Source of the DNA: a virus
Taxonomy: Duplodnaviria; Caudoviricetes
DNA length: 46,341 nt
Strand: one strand, 5' to 3'
IMG/VR virus record: IMGVR_UViG_3300020045_005441
Location: 1 to 46,341 of that record
Shown: positions 1 through 8,824 of the stretch, one piece after another
Layout: every line of letters begins with the position of its first letter
Position numbering within the stretch: position 1 is the first letter of the stretch
Notes under the pieces: generated by a model
Told to the model about the DNA's origin: nothing
Databases searched by the model: none
Seen by the model: only the letters and a program-made list of their open reading frames with translations
Made by a program: the position numbers and the translations under genes

Positions 1-121
1 CAGGGGCGAATTGTATGGCATCAAAAATAATTGTCGAAACATACGTTGGTGCTGGTGGTACGCATACCATAAACACGCACGTCACAAAAATGTAAGGGGA
101 CAAGAAATGATTTATTCAATA
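1..121. repeat. Terminal direct repeat (exact copy at 46221-46341); circular assembly overlap
   Basis: Bases 1-121 are identical to 46221-46341, and the ORF starting at 45722 reads into the repeat. Confidence 0.97.
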
Positions 122-538
122 GCACAACGTTCGACAGTAACCACCATAGCAGCACCGTCATGGGAAGTAAGGGCGGCGGCAACAAACAAGCCAAAAGTTT
201 ATGAAATTGGCATTGCAAATGCAGCAGCCACTGCGTCGGTTTACGGAATAGGAAGGCCAGCAGCCATAGGTGTAACGCCTACATCTCCGCTAACCCTGCT
301 GGACGAGTCAGACGGTGCAGCACCAACAGGGTTGACAACATGTGCAGTTGCGTGGGCAACCGCCCCGACAGTGCCTGCAAACTTTTTCAGGCGCACAGCA
401 GTTGCGGCGACAATTGGCTCTATAGTTATCTTCACTTTCCCGCGTGGCCTTGGCATCCCGGCATCCGGCTCTATTGTGATGTGGAACATTACCGCAAACA
501 GCGCGGCTGTTGATTTTTGGGCTGTTGTCGATGAATAA
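107..538 (+). CDS. Hypothetical virion-associated beta-rich protein (A/T/G-rich)
   Basis: ATG at 107 after an AAGGGGA RBS, just downstream of the stop of the wrap-around gene; composition typical of structural proteins. Confidence 0.7.
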   Translation: MIYSIAQRSTVTTIAAPSWEVRAAATNKPKVYEIGIANAAATASVYGIGRPAAIGVTPTSPLTLLDESDGAAPTGLTTCAVAWATAPTVPANFFRRTAVAATIGSIVIFTFPRGLGIPASGSIVMWNITANSAAVDFWAVVDE

Positions 539-722
539 CGACCCAGTAATGGCAGAGGTTGTGATCCAAATACACCAAAGCGGTGCCATGTCAATACAAG
601 CACCAATGGGCGACAAGAAATGGTGCGTTGCTGCATTGCAACATGCAATGGATGCAATACGCAACAGTTCGCAACCAGAATCCAAGCTTATCATCCCAGA
701 AAAGGACGTACAGCTACTATGA
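531..722 (+). CDS. Small hypothetical protein
   Basis: ATG at 531 overlaps the previous gene; stop overlaps the next ATG (ATGA). Confidence 0.6.
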   Translation: MNNDPVMAEVVIQIHQSGAMSIQAPMGDKKWCVAALQHAMDAIRNSSQPESKLIIPEKDVQLL

Positions 723-1153
723 GCGTCGTTTTTGGTGTAGGGGGTGGGCAGCAAAGGAAAGCTGAGATAACGCTCGAAAGGAGCGACTTTTATCGCCTAG
801 AAAATATCCAAAACAAATATGAAAACGGACTGTTATGGCCTAACAGCCGTGGGGACGGCCTTGTAAGTTCTGCAATAACATGGGGTCGCATAAATTCAGG
901 CTTTGGCGGCGGACAGCAGCAGAAAAAGATAATAGGCATTACGAGAGACCAGGGCGGTGCGGTTCTTGGAAATTGCACCGTCCACGGTTTTGTCACCGAA
1001 AAAGACGTGTTTGTTGGCCAGATGGTTTCGGACAGCGGCGGTTATTTTGAGTTTTGCAGCCAATATCCTGCCACCAATCATTATCTTGTGGCATATAAGG
1101 CAGGAAGCCCCGACATTGCAGGGACTACCGTAAACACGTTACAGGCCATCTAA
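719..1153 (+). CDS. Hypothetical protein with a prealbumin/carboxypeptidase-regulatory-like beta domain
   Basis: ATGA coupling at 719; pattern GITRDQGGAVLGNCTVHGF...SDSGGYFEF. Confidence 0.6.
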   Translation: MSVVFGVGGGQQRKAEITLERSDFYRLENIQNKYENGLLWPNSRGDGLVSSAITWGRINSGFGGGQQQKKIIGITRDQGGAVLGNCTVHGFVTEKDVFVGQMVSDSGGYFEFCSQYPATNHYLVAYKAGSPDIAGTTVNTLQAI

Positions 1154-2743
1154 TTGGCATACGTCAACATATTTGTGCAAGGGGATAGTTTTGATACTAT
1201 CGACCTGACCGCAAAGCTTGCGGATGATTGGGCGCATTGGGGGATAGCAAGTGGTGCGCCTACTGTGCGAAAGCTTGGCGGAAACCTGATTGGAAACCTT
1301 TCATTGGTGGGCGGAGGGTCTGCGAGCTTTGGCATATCGCCAAGGCTTGTATCATGGTCTGATGGCACGCCTACATTGTCCGGGATAGACGGAAAGACAA
1401 CATTTAACCAAGGCAATACGGTTGGTGCTGGGATGAAGCTTAATTTTCCGTGCAGCACATCTCCACGCATTGCCGTGCTGTATTGCACCTATTTTAACCT
1501 TGCCGATGTAAAGATAACGGGTACGATAAACGAGACGATACCAGTCGTATCGACAAACACCGGAAACCTACCACCCGTATACAGCCAAAACAAAAACGCG
1601 CTTGTCTATATCTATTACCAGGGAGACACGGACGGAAATTCGCTGACAGTCCAAATGGAGAACTACAGGCAAGGCAATGCCGGTTCTTTTAATTTTACGC
1701 TTGAGGCTGCAACGGTAAATTTGCTTGACACCGTTGGTGATGTTTTTTTGTGGAGTACGGACATACCATCAGGCAATGACGTATGGCTTAGGCCGTTTTC
1801 CCCGGGTTCAGCGGTAATAAACAGCCTTGCAGAGCAAGCTTTCTATTTTGGCCAGCAGGTGGGGTATTTTGCAAGCATGGTTGCCATTGCCGCGCAATTG
1901 TCAGAAATATCAAGTGCAAGCTCACAAACAAAGGAATCCGTTGGCGATGCATTGCAGTCTGTTGACATAACGCAACAAGGAACTTATACAAAAAACAATT
2001 CCGTCATAATAATAAGCAGCGCCGCACAATTGTTGGGGTTAAAGCAGTCTTTGTCAGCAATAAAATCACTGTTTTCAGCAATAACAAATAGGTCAGCAAC
2101 AAAAGCGCAGTCTACTTCTATCAAGGCAAACATAGTTTCCGTGGTGCAATTGGGCAACACAAGGCAGTTTGACACGCCATCAAGGCTGTCCAATAACGAC
2201 GTATCCCAAGCTCAGGCATTACGCAGATTAGGCGCATCATCAAGGCTGTCCATAACGGCATTGGCTCAATTGACCGGAATAAAAGGTACGCTGTCTGGTT
2301 ATGGCAGCAAGTCAAGCACGGTATTGACAAGCATAAAAATATCTGAGGAAGGCTCTTATTCCAAGTCTGTCGGGGTTGTTATCATATCAAGCGCATCCCA
2401 GGCTTTGGAAATAAGGCAGTCATTGTCAGGCTCAAAATCAGCACAAGGGATATTGGTACAACAATCTAGGCTTTCTGGTCTTGACACTTATACGCGCAAG
2501 GCAATAGTTAACTCTTTACAAAAGCTTGGAATTAATGTAGGGATAACGTATAATACAACGCCAGGGGCTATAGTTGTCGTTACCGACCCGTGTTCGGGGC
2601 AATCGACAGACCTTACCATCATTCCGTTTGGGAGCAGGTTTGAAAACGAGACCATTGATTTTAGCTTGTGCGGCGGTGAAGACCGATTTGATATGATGCG
2701 TAATGACCTACTCACATCGCTAAAGGCAAAGGGCTTGCTATGA
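1154..2743 (+). CDS. Putative fibre/decoration protein: N-terminal beta domain and S/Q/A-rich repetitive stalk
   Basis: 529-aa ORF filling the gap up to the head gene; internal repeat IIISSAAQLLGLKQSLS / VIISSASQALEIRQSLS; TTG start is uncertain. Confidence 0.6.
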   Translation: MAYVNIFVQGDSFDTIDLTAKLADDWAHWGIASGAPTVRKLGGNLIGNLSLVGGGSASFGISPRLVSWSDGTPTLSGIDGKTTFNQGNTVGAGMKLNFPCSTSPRIAVLYCTYFNLADVKITGTINETIPVVSTNTGNLPPVYSQNKNALVYIYYQGDTDGNSLTVQMENYRQGNAGSFNFTLEAATVNLLDTVGDVFLWSTDIPSGNDVWLRPFSPGSAVINSLAEQAFYFGQQVGYFASMVAIAAQLSEISSASSQTKESVGDALQSVDITQQGTYTKNNSVIIISSAAQLLGLKQSLSAIKSLFSAITNRSATKAQSTSIKANIVSVVQLGNTRQFDTPSRLSNNDVSQAQALRRLGASSRLSITALAQLTGIKGTLSGYGSKSSTVLTSIKISEEGSYSKSVGVVIISSASQALEIRQSLSGSKSAQGILVQQSRLSGLDTYTRKAIVNSLQKLGINVGITYNTTPGAIVVVTDPCSGQSTDLTIIPFGSRFENETIDFSLCGGEDRFDMMRNDLLTSLKAKGLL

Positions 2744-4575
2744 TACGCCTACAATTCGCCATAAAAAATTCCCCACTCCAAGACCGTTTTACTAAGCGTA
2801 AGGAACGCACGCTCAAACCAATCAGACCGTCACGCATGGCAGAGTCAAGTTACCGCGCCGATCTTTTGGCGTTAGTCAAAAAATTGACGCGACAAGTAAA
2901 TGAAATTATTGTCCCGCTTATCGACAAGCAAGCGTTTATAGGCGGAACAGATGGCCTATCATTTGCTAATGACGAATTGTCAAGCAGCGAAATAATAAGG
3001 GAAGTCAAGGAATTGGCAGCAAAAAACAACGTCCCGTATAAGACCGCCTACCGTATGTCACGTTTTGCCGCAGACAACGCAAAGGCAAACGTGGACGGAC
3101 GGTTAAGGGCGGAACTCAAAAAATCCGTAGGCATAGACATTGAGCCTATATTAAGGGCTGACAATAAATTGACACCATTGCTTGAAAAGGCGGTGCAAGA
3201 AAATGTCGAACTTATCACCACCATCCCGCAACAATATTTTGAAAAGCTTGAAAAACACATCACAAGCGCAGTTGCCCAAGGCGCGAGGCATGAAAAACTA
3301 AAGGAAGTGGTAAAATATATTGGGAATGTAACGGAAAATAGGGCTAAATTGATTGCACGCGACCAAATCAGCAAGATGAATGGGAGTTTTAACCGTATCA
3401 GGCAAACAAGCATAGGCATAGACTCCTATCGTTGGTCTACCAGTGGGGATGAGCGCGTTAGGGAAACGCACGCAGAAAATGACGGAAAGGTGTTCAAATG
3501 GGATTCACCACCATCAGAAACCGGAAACCCTGGAGAGGACATTAATTGCTTTTCAGGCGACAACCAATTGCACGGAACGCCTTTCATAGAGAAATTTTAT
3601 AGGCGTTTCTACTCTGGCGAACTGACCGAGTTGATTTTGGATAACGGTGCTATTCTTAGATGTACACCTAACCATCCTATATTCTGGCGTGATGGAAGTA
3701 AGCCCGCTAAACTCTTTGATGTCGGAGATAATATTATTGGAGAAATGAATCAATTCATCCCTGTTGGTGAAACATATTCCAAAAACTCTAATCCCATGTT
3801 TGAACAACTGTTCAGCTCTGTAAATATGTTTCCCTGTTTTTTTCCAACGAATGTTACAGGCGGAGAGTTCCACGGCGACATTACCGACAAGGAAGTCAAT
3901 ATTATAACCTGCAATAGCGGCTTGGTATTGGAAACTTATGTTTCCACATGCAAGAAGATGAAATATATCGGTTTCACATCGTCCGATATGTCCTTCGTAT
4001 GGGCTATGCTGTCTAGTGATTGCGCCTTTTTGTCGTACCTCCAAAGTCTTCCTGACTCCACTGACGGATTGGTTAGCAGATTTTGTTTGTTGTTGTCTCT
4101 GCTCGAAAGTCATTTTACTGTTTTTGACCTTTTCTGCTTCGCTTCTGGTGCGTGTTTTGATTCCAGCCCCTTTAATTTCACGGTTGACGACACCCCTGTC
4201 AACCCCGAACCTTTTAGCGATTTGATTGGGGCTTATGCCTTGCTCGTAGAGGGCTTTGACCTCGTCAAGAGGAAGCGTGATTTTATTGTTGGGGTATTTT
4301 CCAATACGGGTGTCCGTATTTATTCCCCTAGCCCTGAGTTTCTTACCAATGACATCAGGGCTAACGTTTATGACAGAGGAAATAGCGCGAAGGGAGAAGC
4401 CTTGAGATATAAGGTTCTGAGCGTGGTCGATAAGGCTACTTGCTATTATGAAGGGCATGTTTATAATCTACAGACTAAAAACGGGTATTATAACACATCT
4501 GGCGCATTTGTTCAAAATTGCCGTTGCGTGGCAATCCCGTATTTTGACCTTGACGCAATGGAGGCAAGCCTATGA
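2740..4575 (+). CDS. Phage head morphogenesis protein (SPP1 gp7 / Mu gpF family), intein-containing
   Basis: RAKLIARDQ, YRWSTSGDERVRETH and PGEDIN|CRC motifs; position upstream of the protease/capsid genes. Confidence 0.92.
   Translation: MIRLQFAIKNSPLQDRFTKRKERTLKPIRPSRMAESSYRADLLALVKKLTRQVNEIIVPLIDKQAFIGGTDGLSFANDELSSSEIIREVKELAAKNNVPYKTAYRMSRFAADNAKANVDGRLRAELKKSVGIDIEPILRADNKLTPLLEKAVQENVELITTIPQQYFEKLEKHITSAVAQGARHEKLKEVVKYIGNVTENRAKLIARDQISKMNGSFNRIRQTSIGIDSYRWSTSGDERVRETHAENDGKVFKWDSPPSETGNPGEDINCFSGDNQLHGTPFIEKFYRRFYSGELTELILDNGAILRCTPNHPIFWRDGSKPAKLFDVGDNIIGEMNQFIPVGETYSKNSNPMFEQLFSSVNMFPCFFPTNVTGGEFHGDITDKEVNIITCNSGLVLETYVSTCKKMKYIGFTSSDMSFVWAMLSSDCAFLSYLQSLPDSTDGLVSRFCLLLSLLESHFTVFDLFCFASGACFDSSPFNFTVDDTPVNPEPFSDLIGAYALLVEGFDLVKRKRDFIVGVFSNTGVRIYSPSPEFLTNDIRANVYDRGNSAKGEALRYKVLSVVDKATCYYEGHVYNLQTKNGYYNTSGAFVQNCRCVAIPYFDLDAMEASL
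3553..4458 (-). CDS. Antisense, intein-nested putative homing endonuclease (2x HTH + basic linker + DUF559/Vsr-like domain)
   Basis: 301-aa ORF; HTH-like GFSLRAISSVINVS and LYEQGISPNQIAKRFGVD; nuclease-like FQYQAAIAGYNIDFLVGNVAVEL...LFKHGIRV; own promoter upstream. Confidence 0.75.
   Translation of the reverse strand: MPFIIASSLIDHAQNLISQGFSLRAISSVINVSPDVIGKKLRARGINTDTRIGKYPNNKITLPLDEVKALYEQGISPNQIAKRFGVDRGVVNREIKGAGIKTRTRSEAEKVKNSKMTFEQRQQQTKSANQSVSGVRKTLEVRQKGAITRQHSPYEGHIGRCETDIFHLLACGNISFQYQAAIAGYNIDFLVGNVAVELSACNIRWKKTGKHIYRAEQLFKHGIRVFGICFTNRDELIHFSNNIISDIKEFSGLTSITPEYRMVRCTSKNSTVIQNQLGQFARVETPIKFLYERRSVQLVVA
4487..4515 (-). promoter_or_regulatory. Sigma70-type promoter for the antisense ORF: TTGAAC-17 bp-TATAAT with extended -10 TGTG
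   Basis: Reverse complement of 4510-4515 is TTGAAC and of 4487-4492 is TATAAT; spacer 17 bp; ATG at 4458. Confidence 0.7.
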
Positions 4576-5738
4576 TAGCCAACGCAAATGATACGATACC
4601 ATTGCAAAAAAGCAAGATAACCGAACAAGGCTACCTTGTAGCTGACGGCATCATAGCCAGGACTGGGATACAGGAATATTACGGGTATGAATTCGGGCTG
4701 GACGGGCTCAAGCCAAACGACATAATCAGGCTTTACCGCCCGCCGTCCGAAGTGTTTGCCCCAGATTCATTGGCAAGCTTTGAGAATGCGCCTATCACGA
4801 TAGGCCATCCTGATGTTAATGTGACCGTTGACAATTGGAAGGAGATAGCAAAGGGTGAGCTTACCAACGTCCGTAAGCAAAACGATTCTCACGTATGTGG
4901 AAAACTTACCGTAAAAGACGGAACGGCAATATCAGCGATACAGAATGGGAAAAAACAATTGTCAAACGGGTACTCATTTACCCTTGACATGACACCGGGG
5001 GTTATAAATGGACAGGCTTATGATGGTATACAGCGTAACATACGAGGCAACCATTTGGCTTTAGTTGATAGGGCAAGGTGTGGTTCGGCTTGCTCTATCA
5101 TTGATAACAACCCCGAACCGATAACGAAAGGAGAGCCGAACATGGCTGATATTACATTGAGAAAAATGGTCGTGGACGGAATTCCGGTCGAAGTATCGGA
5201 CGCAGCCGCCGCTGTCATTGAAAAGTTACAAAAGGCATTGGACGGAAAAGATGCTGATTTGGTCGAATTGACCAAATCGGTTGAAACGCTAACCAATGAC
5301 CATAGCGCAAAAATTGCCGCAAAGGATGCGGAAATTGCAGAACTTAAGAAGTCTGTAATGACGCCACATGCACGTGATGCGATGGTTGCTGAATGGGCGA
5401 GCCTGATCGGGACTGCAAAGAAACTTAAGCCTGAAATTGAAGTGGTTGGTAAAGACTGCGAAACGGTTAGGCGTGAGGTGGTTGATTTTGTGATGGCACA
5501 AGACAATAGCATGGCAAGCGTGGCAAAGTCTATCGTAAAAGATGGCACGCCATCTGGCGACCTGCTAAAAATTGTTTTTGATGCAATCGCGCCATTGATA
5601 GAAGAAACAGAAATAAAGGCAAACGACGGCGAACATTTTGCCGCACAACAACCAAAGCCTTCTATTGTAGGCAGAGACAAATTTTTAAAGACTAGCCAAG
5701 ATGCTTGGCAACAACCTGGAGTAAAACAACATGGCTAA
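4572..5738 (+). CDS. DUF2213-like prohead protease/scaffold protein
   Basis: IARTGIQEY, YRPPSEVF, PITIGHP, LSNGY, NHLALVDRARCG motifs; coiled-coil C-terminal half. Confidence 0.85.
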   Translation: MIANANDTIPLQKSKITEQGYLVADGIIARTGIQEYYGYEFGLDGLKPNDIIRLYRPPSEVFAPDSLASFENAPITIGHPDVNVTVDNWKEIAKGELTNVRKQNDSHVCGKLTVKDGTAISAIQNGKKQLSNGYSFTLDMTPGVINGQAYDGIQRNIRGNHLALVDRARCGSACSIIDNNPEPITKGEPNMADITLRKMVVDGIPVEVSDAAAAVIEKLQKALDGKDADLVELTKSVETLTNDHSAKIAAKDAEIAELKKSVMTPHARDAMVAEWASLIGTAKKLKPEIEVVGKDCETVRREVVDFVMAQDNSMASVAKSIVKDGTPSGDLLKIVFDAIAPLIEETEIKANDGEHFAAQQPKPSIVGRDKFLKTSQDAWQQPGVKQHG

Positions 5739-6213
5739 ACCAGACTTAAACACATACGGCGGAAAGCTCCGCGACCTTGGTTATGCTGGCGAAATCGTCA
5801 ACATGCACCCAAACACAATCGAAAGCAAAACCAACGAATCCGCAACGGCACTTGATTTTGGTGTTGCCGTCGCTCGTGGTGCTGCTGACGATACTTGCAA
5901 GCCACAAGGGGCAGATGGCGACAAACTGATAGGTATTTCAGCACGCCACGCAATACGCCCTGCTGATGCTTCAAATAACGTGGTATACAACAGGTATGAT
6001 TCAGTGCCTATTGTGCGCGAAGGCTATGTTTATGTCGTGGCATTTGAAAATGTAACACGCGACGACCAAGTGCTTGCAATTACCGCACAAACCGGAAAGC
6101 TTGGCGGCGTTACAGGTGGTGCGGCTGGTGCTGGACGTATCGTACTTCCTAATGCAAAATGGGAAACCACAACCACAGCCGGCTCTGTTGGCATTGTCAG
6201 AATTTCTGGTTAA
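5731..6213 (+). CDS. Capsid decoration/cement protein
   Basis: Lies between protease and major capsid genes; FGVAVARG...REGYVYV pattern. Confidence 0.75.
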   Translation: MAKPDLNTYGGKLRDLGYAGEIVNMHPNTIESKTNESATALDFGVAVARGAADDTCKPQGADGDKLIGISARHAIRPADASNNVVYNRYDSVPIVREGYVYVVAFENVTRDDQVLAITAQTGKLGGVTGGAAGAGRIVLPNAKWETTTTAGSVGIVRISG

Positions 6214-6226
6214 GGAGCAATGAAAA

Positions 6227-7279
6227 ATGAGTAAGATAATCCAAGTAAGGGACGCAAACGGGTCAATGGTTGACATTGACGCTTCGCGTTATGCCGCTTT
6301 TAATGCAATCTCAGACCAGCTAAAGCGCGGCCTTAGCGTTGGTGATGGTGTAAATGTGCGCGATTCACAAGAAGCCTTGTCATTCCTTGTTAGCCAATTG
6401 GCCTACACGGAACAACAAACGTTTGAAAAGCTGTATCAACCCATGCAATATGAGCAGTTGTTGCCGATCAGTTATGAAGCCGGTGAATGGGCAGACACTA
6501 TCCGTTATGAAATCTACGACTATGCAGGGCGCGGAAAACGCACCTCCGGCAAAGGCAAGGATATTAACCTGGTAGATGTCGCCTATGCAGACAAGTCATT
6601 TCCTGTCATGTACGGCAATATCGGTTATGACTATACCGCAGAAGAATTGCGCCGTTCCGCTTTCTTACGCAAAAACTTAAGCACCACACGCTTAGGGGCT
6701 GCAATCGAAGGCTTTAAACGCCACATGAATGACGTGGCATTGAATGGCGAAACAAGCTCAAACATTACCGGCTTGTTCAATAACGCCTCTGTCCCTACAG
6801 GCAATGCTCCAGTAGGCGCATGGCAAACAGGACCAAAGACCCCAACGCAGATTTTAAGCGACATTAACACCATGATAATGAATATCTGGACTAATACCGC
6901 TTTTAATGATTTCCCGACAGATATCGTCATGGCTCCTACCTCTTACGCATATATTGCGATAACCCCGGTAGACCCTAACTACGCTGGCGGTAAAACAATC
7001 CTGAACTGGGTGAAAGAAAACAATATCGCCAACACAGAGCGCGGTATCCAGCTTAATATCATGCCGGGTTATGGCCTTGATACAGCCGGTGCTGGTTCTA
7101 CAAAGCGCATGGTTGGTTATGTCAAAAACCCTAACAGGGTAATTTTCCATATCCCATTGCCTCTGCGCTTTTTAGCTCCTCAAGCGGTAGGATTGAGCGT
7201 TGAAGTCCCTGGCGAGTACAAATATTCTGGCGTGGAATTCAGATACCCAAAATCCGCGTATTATATGGATGGATTGTAA
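6227..7279 (+). CDS. Major capsid protein (DUF2184 type)
   Basis: 350 aa, strong RBS (AAGGAG), TGLFN and GVEFRYP motifs, gene order. Confidence 0.88.
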   Translation: MSKIIQVRDANGSMVDIDASRYAAFNAISDQLKRGLSVGDGVNVRDSQEALSFLVSQLAYTEQQTFEKLYQPMQYEQLLPISYEAGEWADTIRYEIYDYAGRGKRTSGKGKDINLVDVAYADKSFPVMYGNIGYDYTAEELRRSAFLRKNLSTTRLGAAIEGFKRHMNDVALNGETSSNITGLFNNASVPTGNAPVGAWQTGPKTPTQILSDINTMIMNIWTNTAFNDFPTDIVMAPTSYAYIAITPVDPNYAGGKTILNWVKENNIANTERGIQLNIMPGYGLDTAGAGSTKRMVGYVKNPNRVIFHIPLPLRFLAPQAVGLSVEVPGEYKYSGVEFRYPKSAYYMDGL

Positions 7280-7301
7280 GTTATAATTTGTTTAGCCTAA
7301 C

Positions 7302-7323
7302 GCGGGGGGAGAAATTCCCCCGC
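7302..7323 (+). terminator. GC hairpin after the major capsid gene
   Basis: GCGGGGG-N8-CCCCCGC; weak U tract. Confidence 0.45.
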
Positions 7324-7341
7324 CAATCTTTGGAGCAAGAA

Positions 7342-7596
7342 ATGATTATTAAAAATAATTCGATGCAGGAAATAACCATCAATAGCTCGTTTGGGTCTTT
7401 TGCGATACCGATGGCGGTTGAAGGCAAGGATTCTGAGGGTAAATTTACCATTATACAAGGGTCATTGGATGTCCCGGAAAATGCGCTTGAAGAAGTCTCC
7501 GAAAGCCCTGTCGTGGTGTTTTGGTTTGACTCAAAAACGCTTGAAGCCGTTGCTAATGAGCCTGAAATTGTTGTAGAAGACAAAAAAGCAAAATAA
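7342..7596 (+). CDS. Hypothetical acidic protein after the capsid gene
   Basis: GGAG RBS before MIIKNN; abuts the next gene. Confidence 0.6.
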   Translation: MIIKNNSMQEITINSSFGSFAIPMAVEGKDSEGKFTIIQGSLDVPENALEEVSESPVVVFWFDSKTLEAVANEPEIVVEDKKAK

Positions 7597-7995
7597 ATGA
7601 CACCGGCAGAATTTAAAATACGTTTCCCGGAGTTTGCAAGCGAAATTGACGCGCGTATCCAATTCTTTATTGACGATGCGGATTGTGCCTTTGATTTGTG
7701 CCGTTGGGGATGTTGCTATGTTGTAGGGATAGCTAATTATGTTGCCCACAACATGGCTATGGCAAATTACATTGCTTCTGGCGACGCAGCAGGCGCATTT
7801 CCTGGTAGCTCATCAATATCGAATGCACAGCAATGGACAAGCAAGACCGTTGGTGACGTTTCGGTGACACGAGGCAATAGCACGGGTATTGGCAATGGAA
7901 AATCGCAACAAGACAGCCCGTTCTTTAAGACTCTATACGGGCAAGAATACTTACGGCTGCTTAGGCTTGTAAGCATAGGGGCAACTGCTGCATAA
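7597..7995 (+). CDS. Head-tail adaptor (DUF4054-like)
   Basis: FKIRFPEF, SKTVGDVSV and TLYGQEY motifs. Confidence 0.82.
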   Translation: MTPAEFKIRFPEFASEIDARIQFFIDDADCAFDLCRWGCCYVVGIANYVAHNMAMANYIASGDAAGAFPGSSSISNAQQWTSKTVGDVSVTRGNSTGIGNGKSQQDSPFFKTLYGQEYLRLLRLVSIGATAA

Positions 7996-8022
7996 CTGGG
8001 CAACATAAAAATGGTGGGATAG

Positions 8023-8226
8023 ATGTTAAGTTTTTTAAAGAAAAAACCCAAAAAAACAGCAGAAAATATGTTTGAGTGGGTAAAGGAAGAATTTGAAACA
8101 AAGCAAACTGAAATAGAGTTGCTTACGATGGCTGTTCGTGACTTGCAAGAAAAAGTACACATGCAAGGCCGCCACCATCACCATAAAAAAACAAATTACT
8201 GCGGTCATATTGTAGACTTGGATTAA
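8023..8226 (+). CDS. Small hypothetical coiled-coil protein
   Basis: Fills the gap between two neck genes. Confidence 0.5.
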   Translation: MLSFLKKKPKKTAENMFEWVKEEFETKQTEIELLTMAVRDLQEKVHMQGRHHHHKKTNYCGHIVDLD

Positions 8227-8228
8227 GC

Positions 8229-8717
8229 ATGGGAATTTCACTTAGCATATTTTCTGACACTAATGGAAAAGGAATATCCGCTTTACGCAAGCGGCTTGAA
8301 AAATCCAAGCGTGTCGTACAAGTCGGATTTCCAAGCAGTAAGACGCACAGCCCTGATGGCACGTCGATGGCATTTATAGCAAGCGTACATGAGTATGGCG
8401 CACCTAGTGCCGGGATACCTGAACGACCTTTCTTAAAGGCAGGGATAGAGGGCGGGAAGGAAGGGCAAGCAAGGCTTAACAAGGTTAATTTGGTCAGGAT
8501 ATTGAACGGCGAAACTGATTTTGACACAGCATTGATGCAGCTTGGCGAAATGGCAAAAGGGAACGTGCAAGATTACATTAACCAAGGTGATTTTGCTCCT
8601 ATACTTCCGGCCACCATAGCGGCACGTAAACGCAGGTCTGTCGGAAGCAGCAAGCCATTGGTTGATACCGGGCAAATGCGGCAATCGGTAAGCTATGAGT
8701 TGGGTGACAAGAAATGA
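8229..8717 (+). CDS. Neck/tail-completion protein (HK97 gp10-like)
   Basis: HEYG...IPERPFL and KPLVDTGQMRQSV motifs. Confidence 0.8.
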   Translation: MGISLSIFSDTNGKGISALRKRLEKSKRVVQVGFPSSKTHSPDGTSMAFIASVHEYGAPSAGIPERPFLKAGIEGGKEGQARLNKVNLVRILNGETDFDTALMQLGEMAKGNVQDYINQGDFAPILPATIAARKRRSVGSSKPLVDTGQMRQSVSYELGDKK

Positions 8718-8824
8718 CAAGCAAGGCATATTTTTTCCACGCCCTATTTATTGTTGCCAGCGTTGTCGCATTTATAGGCGGGATAATTTCAAGCTTGTTT
8801 TATTATGGCGTGTTTAAGCTATGA
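8714..8824 (+). CDS. 36-aa single-TM micropeptide
   Basis: ATGA overlaps at both ends; hydrophobic FFHALFIVASVVAFIGGIISSLFYYG. Confidence 0.5.
   Translation: MTSKAYFFHALFIVASVVAFIGGIISSLFYYGVFKL

Larger units (their letters stand above)
3547..4518 (+). mobile_element. Intein (324 aa) inserted in the N|CRC motif of the head morphogenesis protein
   Basis: N-terminal Cys (CFSGD), block B LRCTPNHPIF, block F YEGHVYNLQT, C-terminal VQN followed by +1 Cys; removal restores PGEDINCRC. Confidence 0.9.

Noticed and set aside
1-121. Terminal repeat as a biological direct terminal repeat
   Set aside because: The 121-bp exact overlap falls in the middle of a gene and is typical of k-mer overlap in a circular assembly; it is not evidence of physical genome ends.
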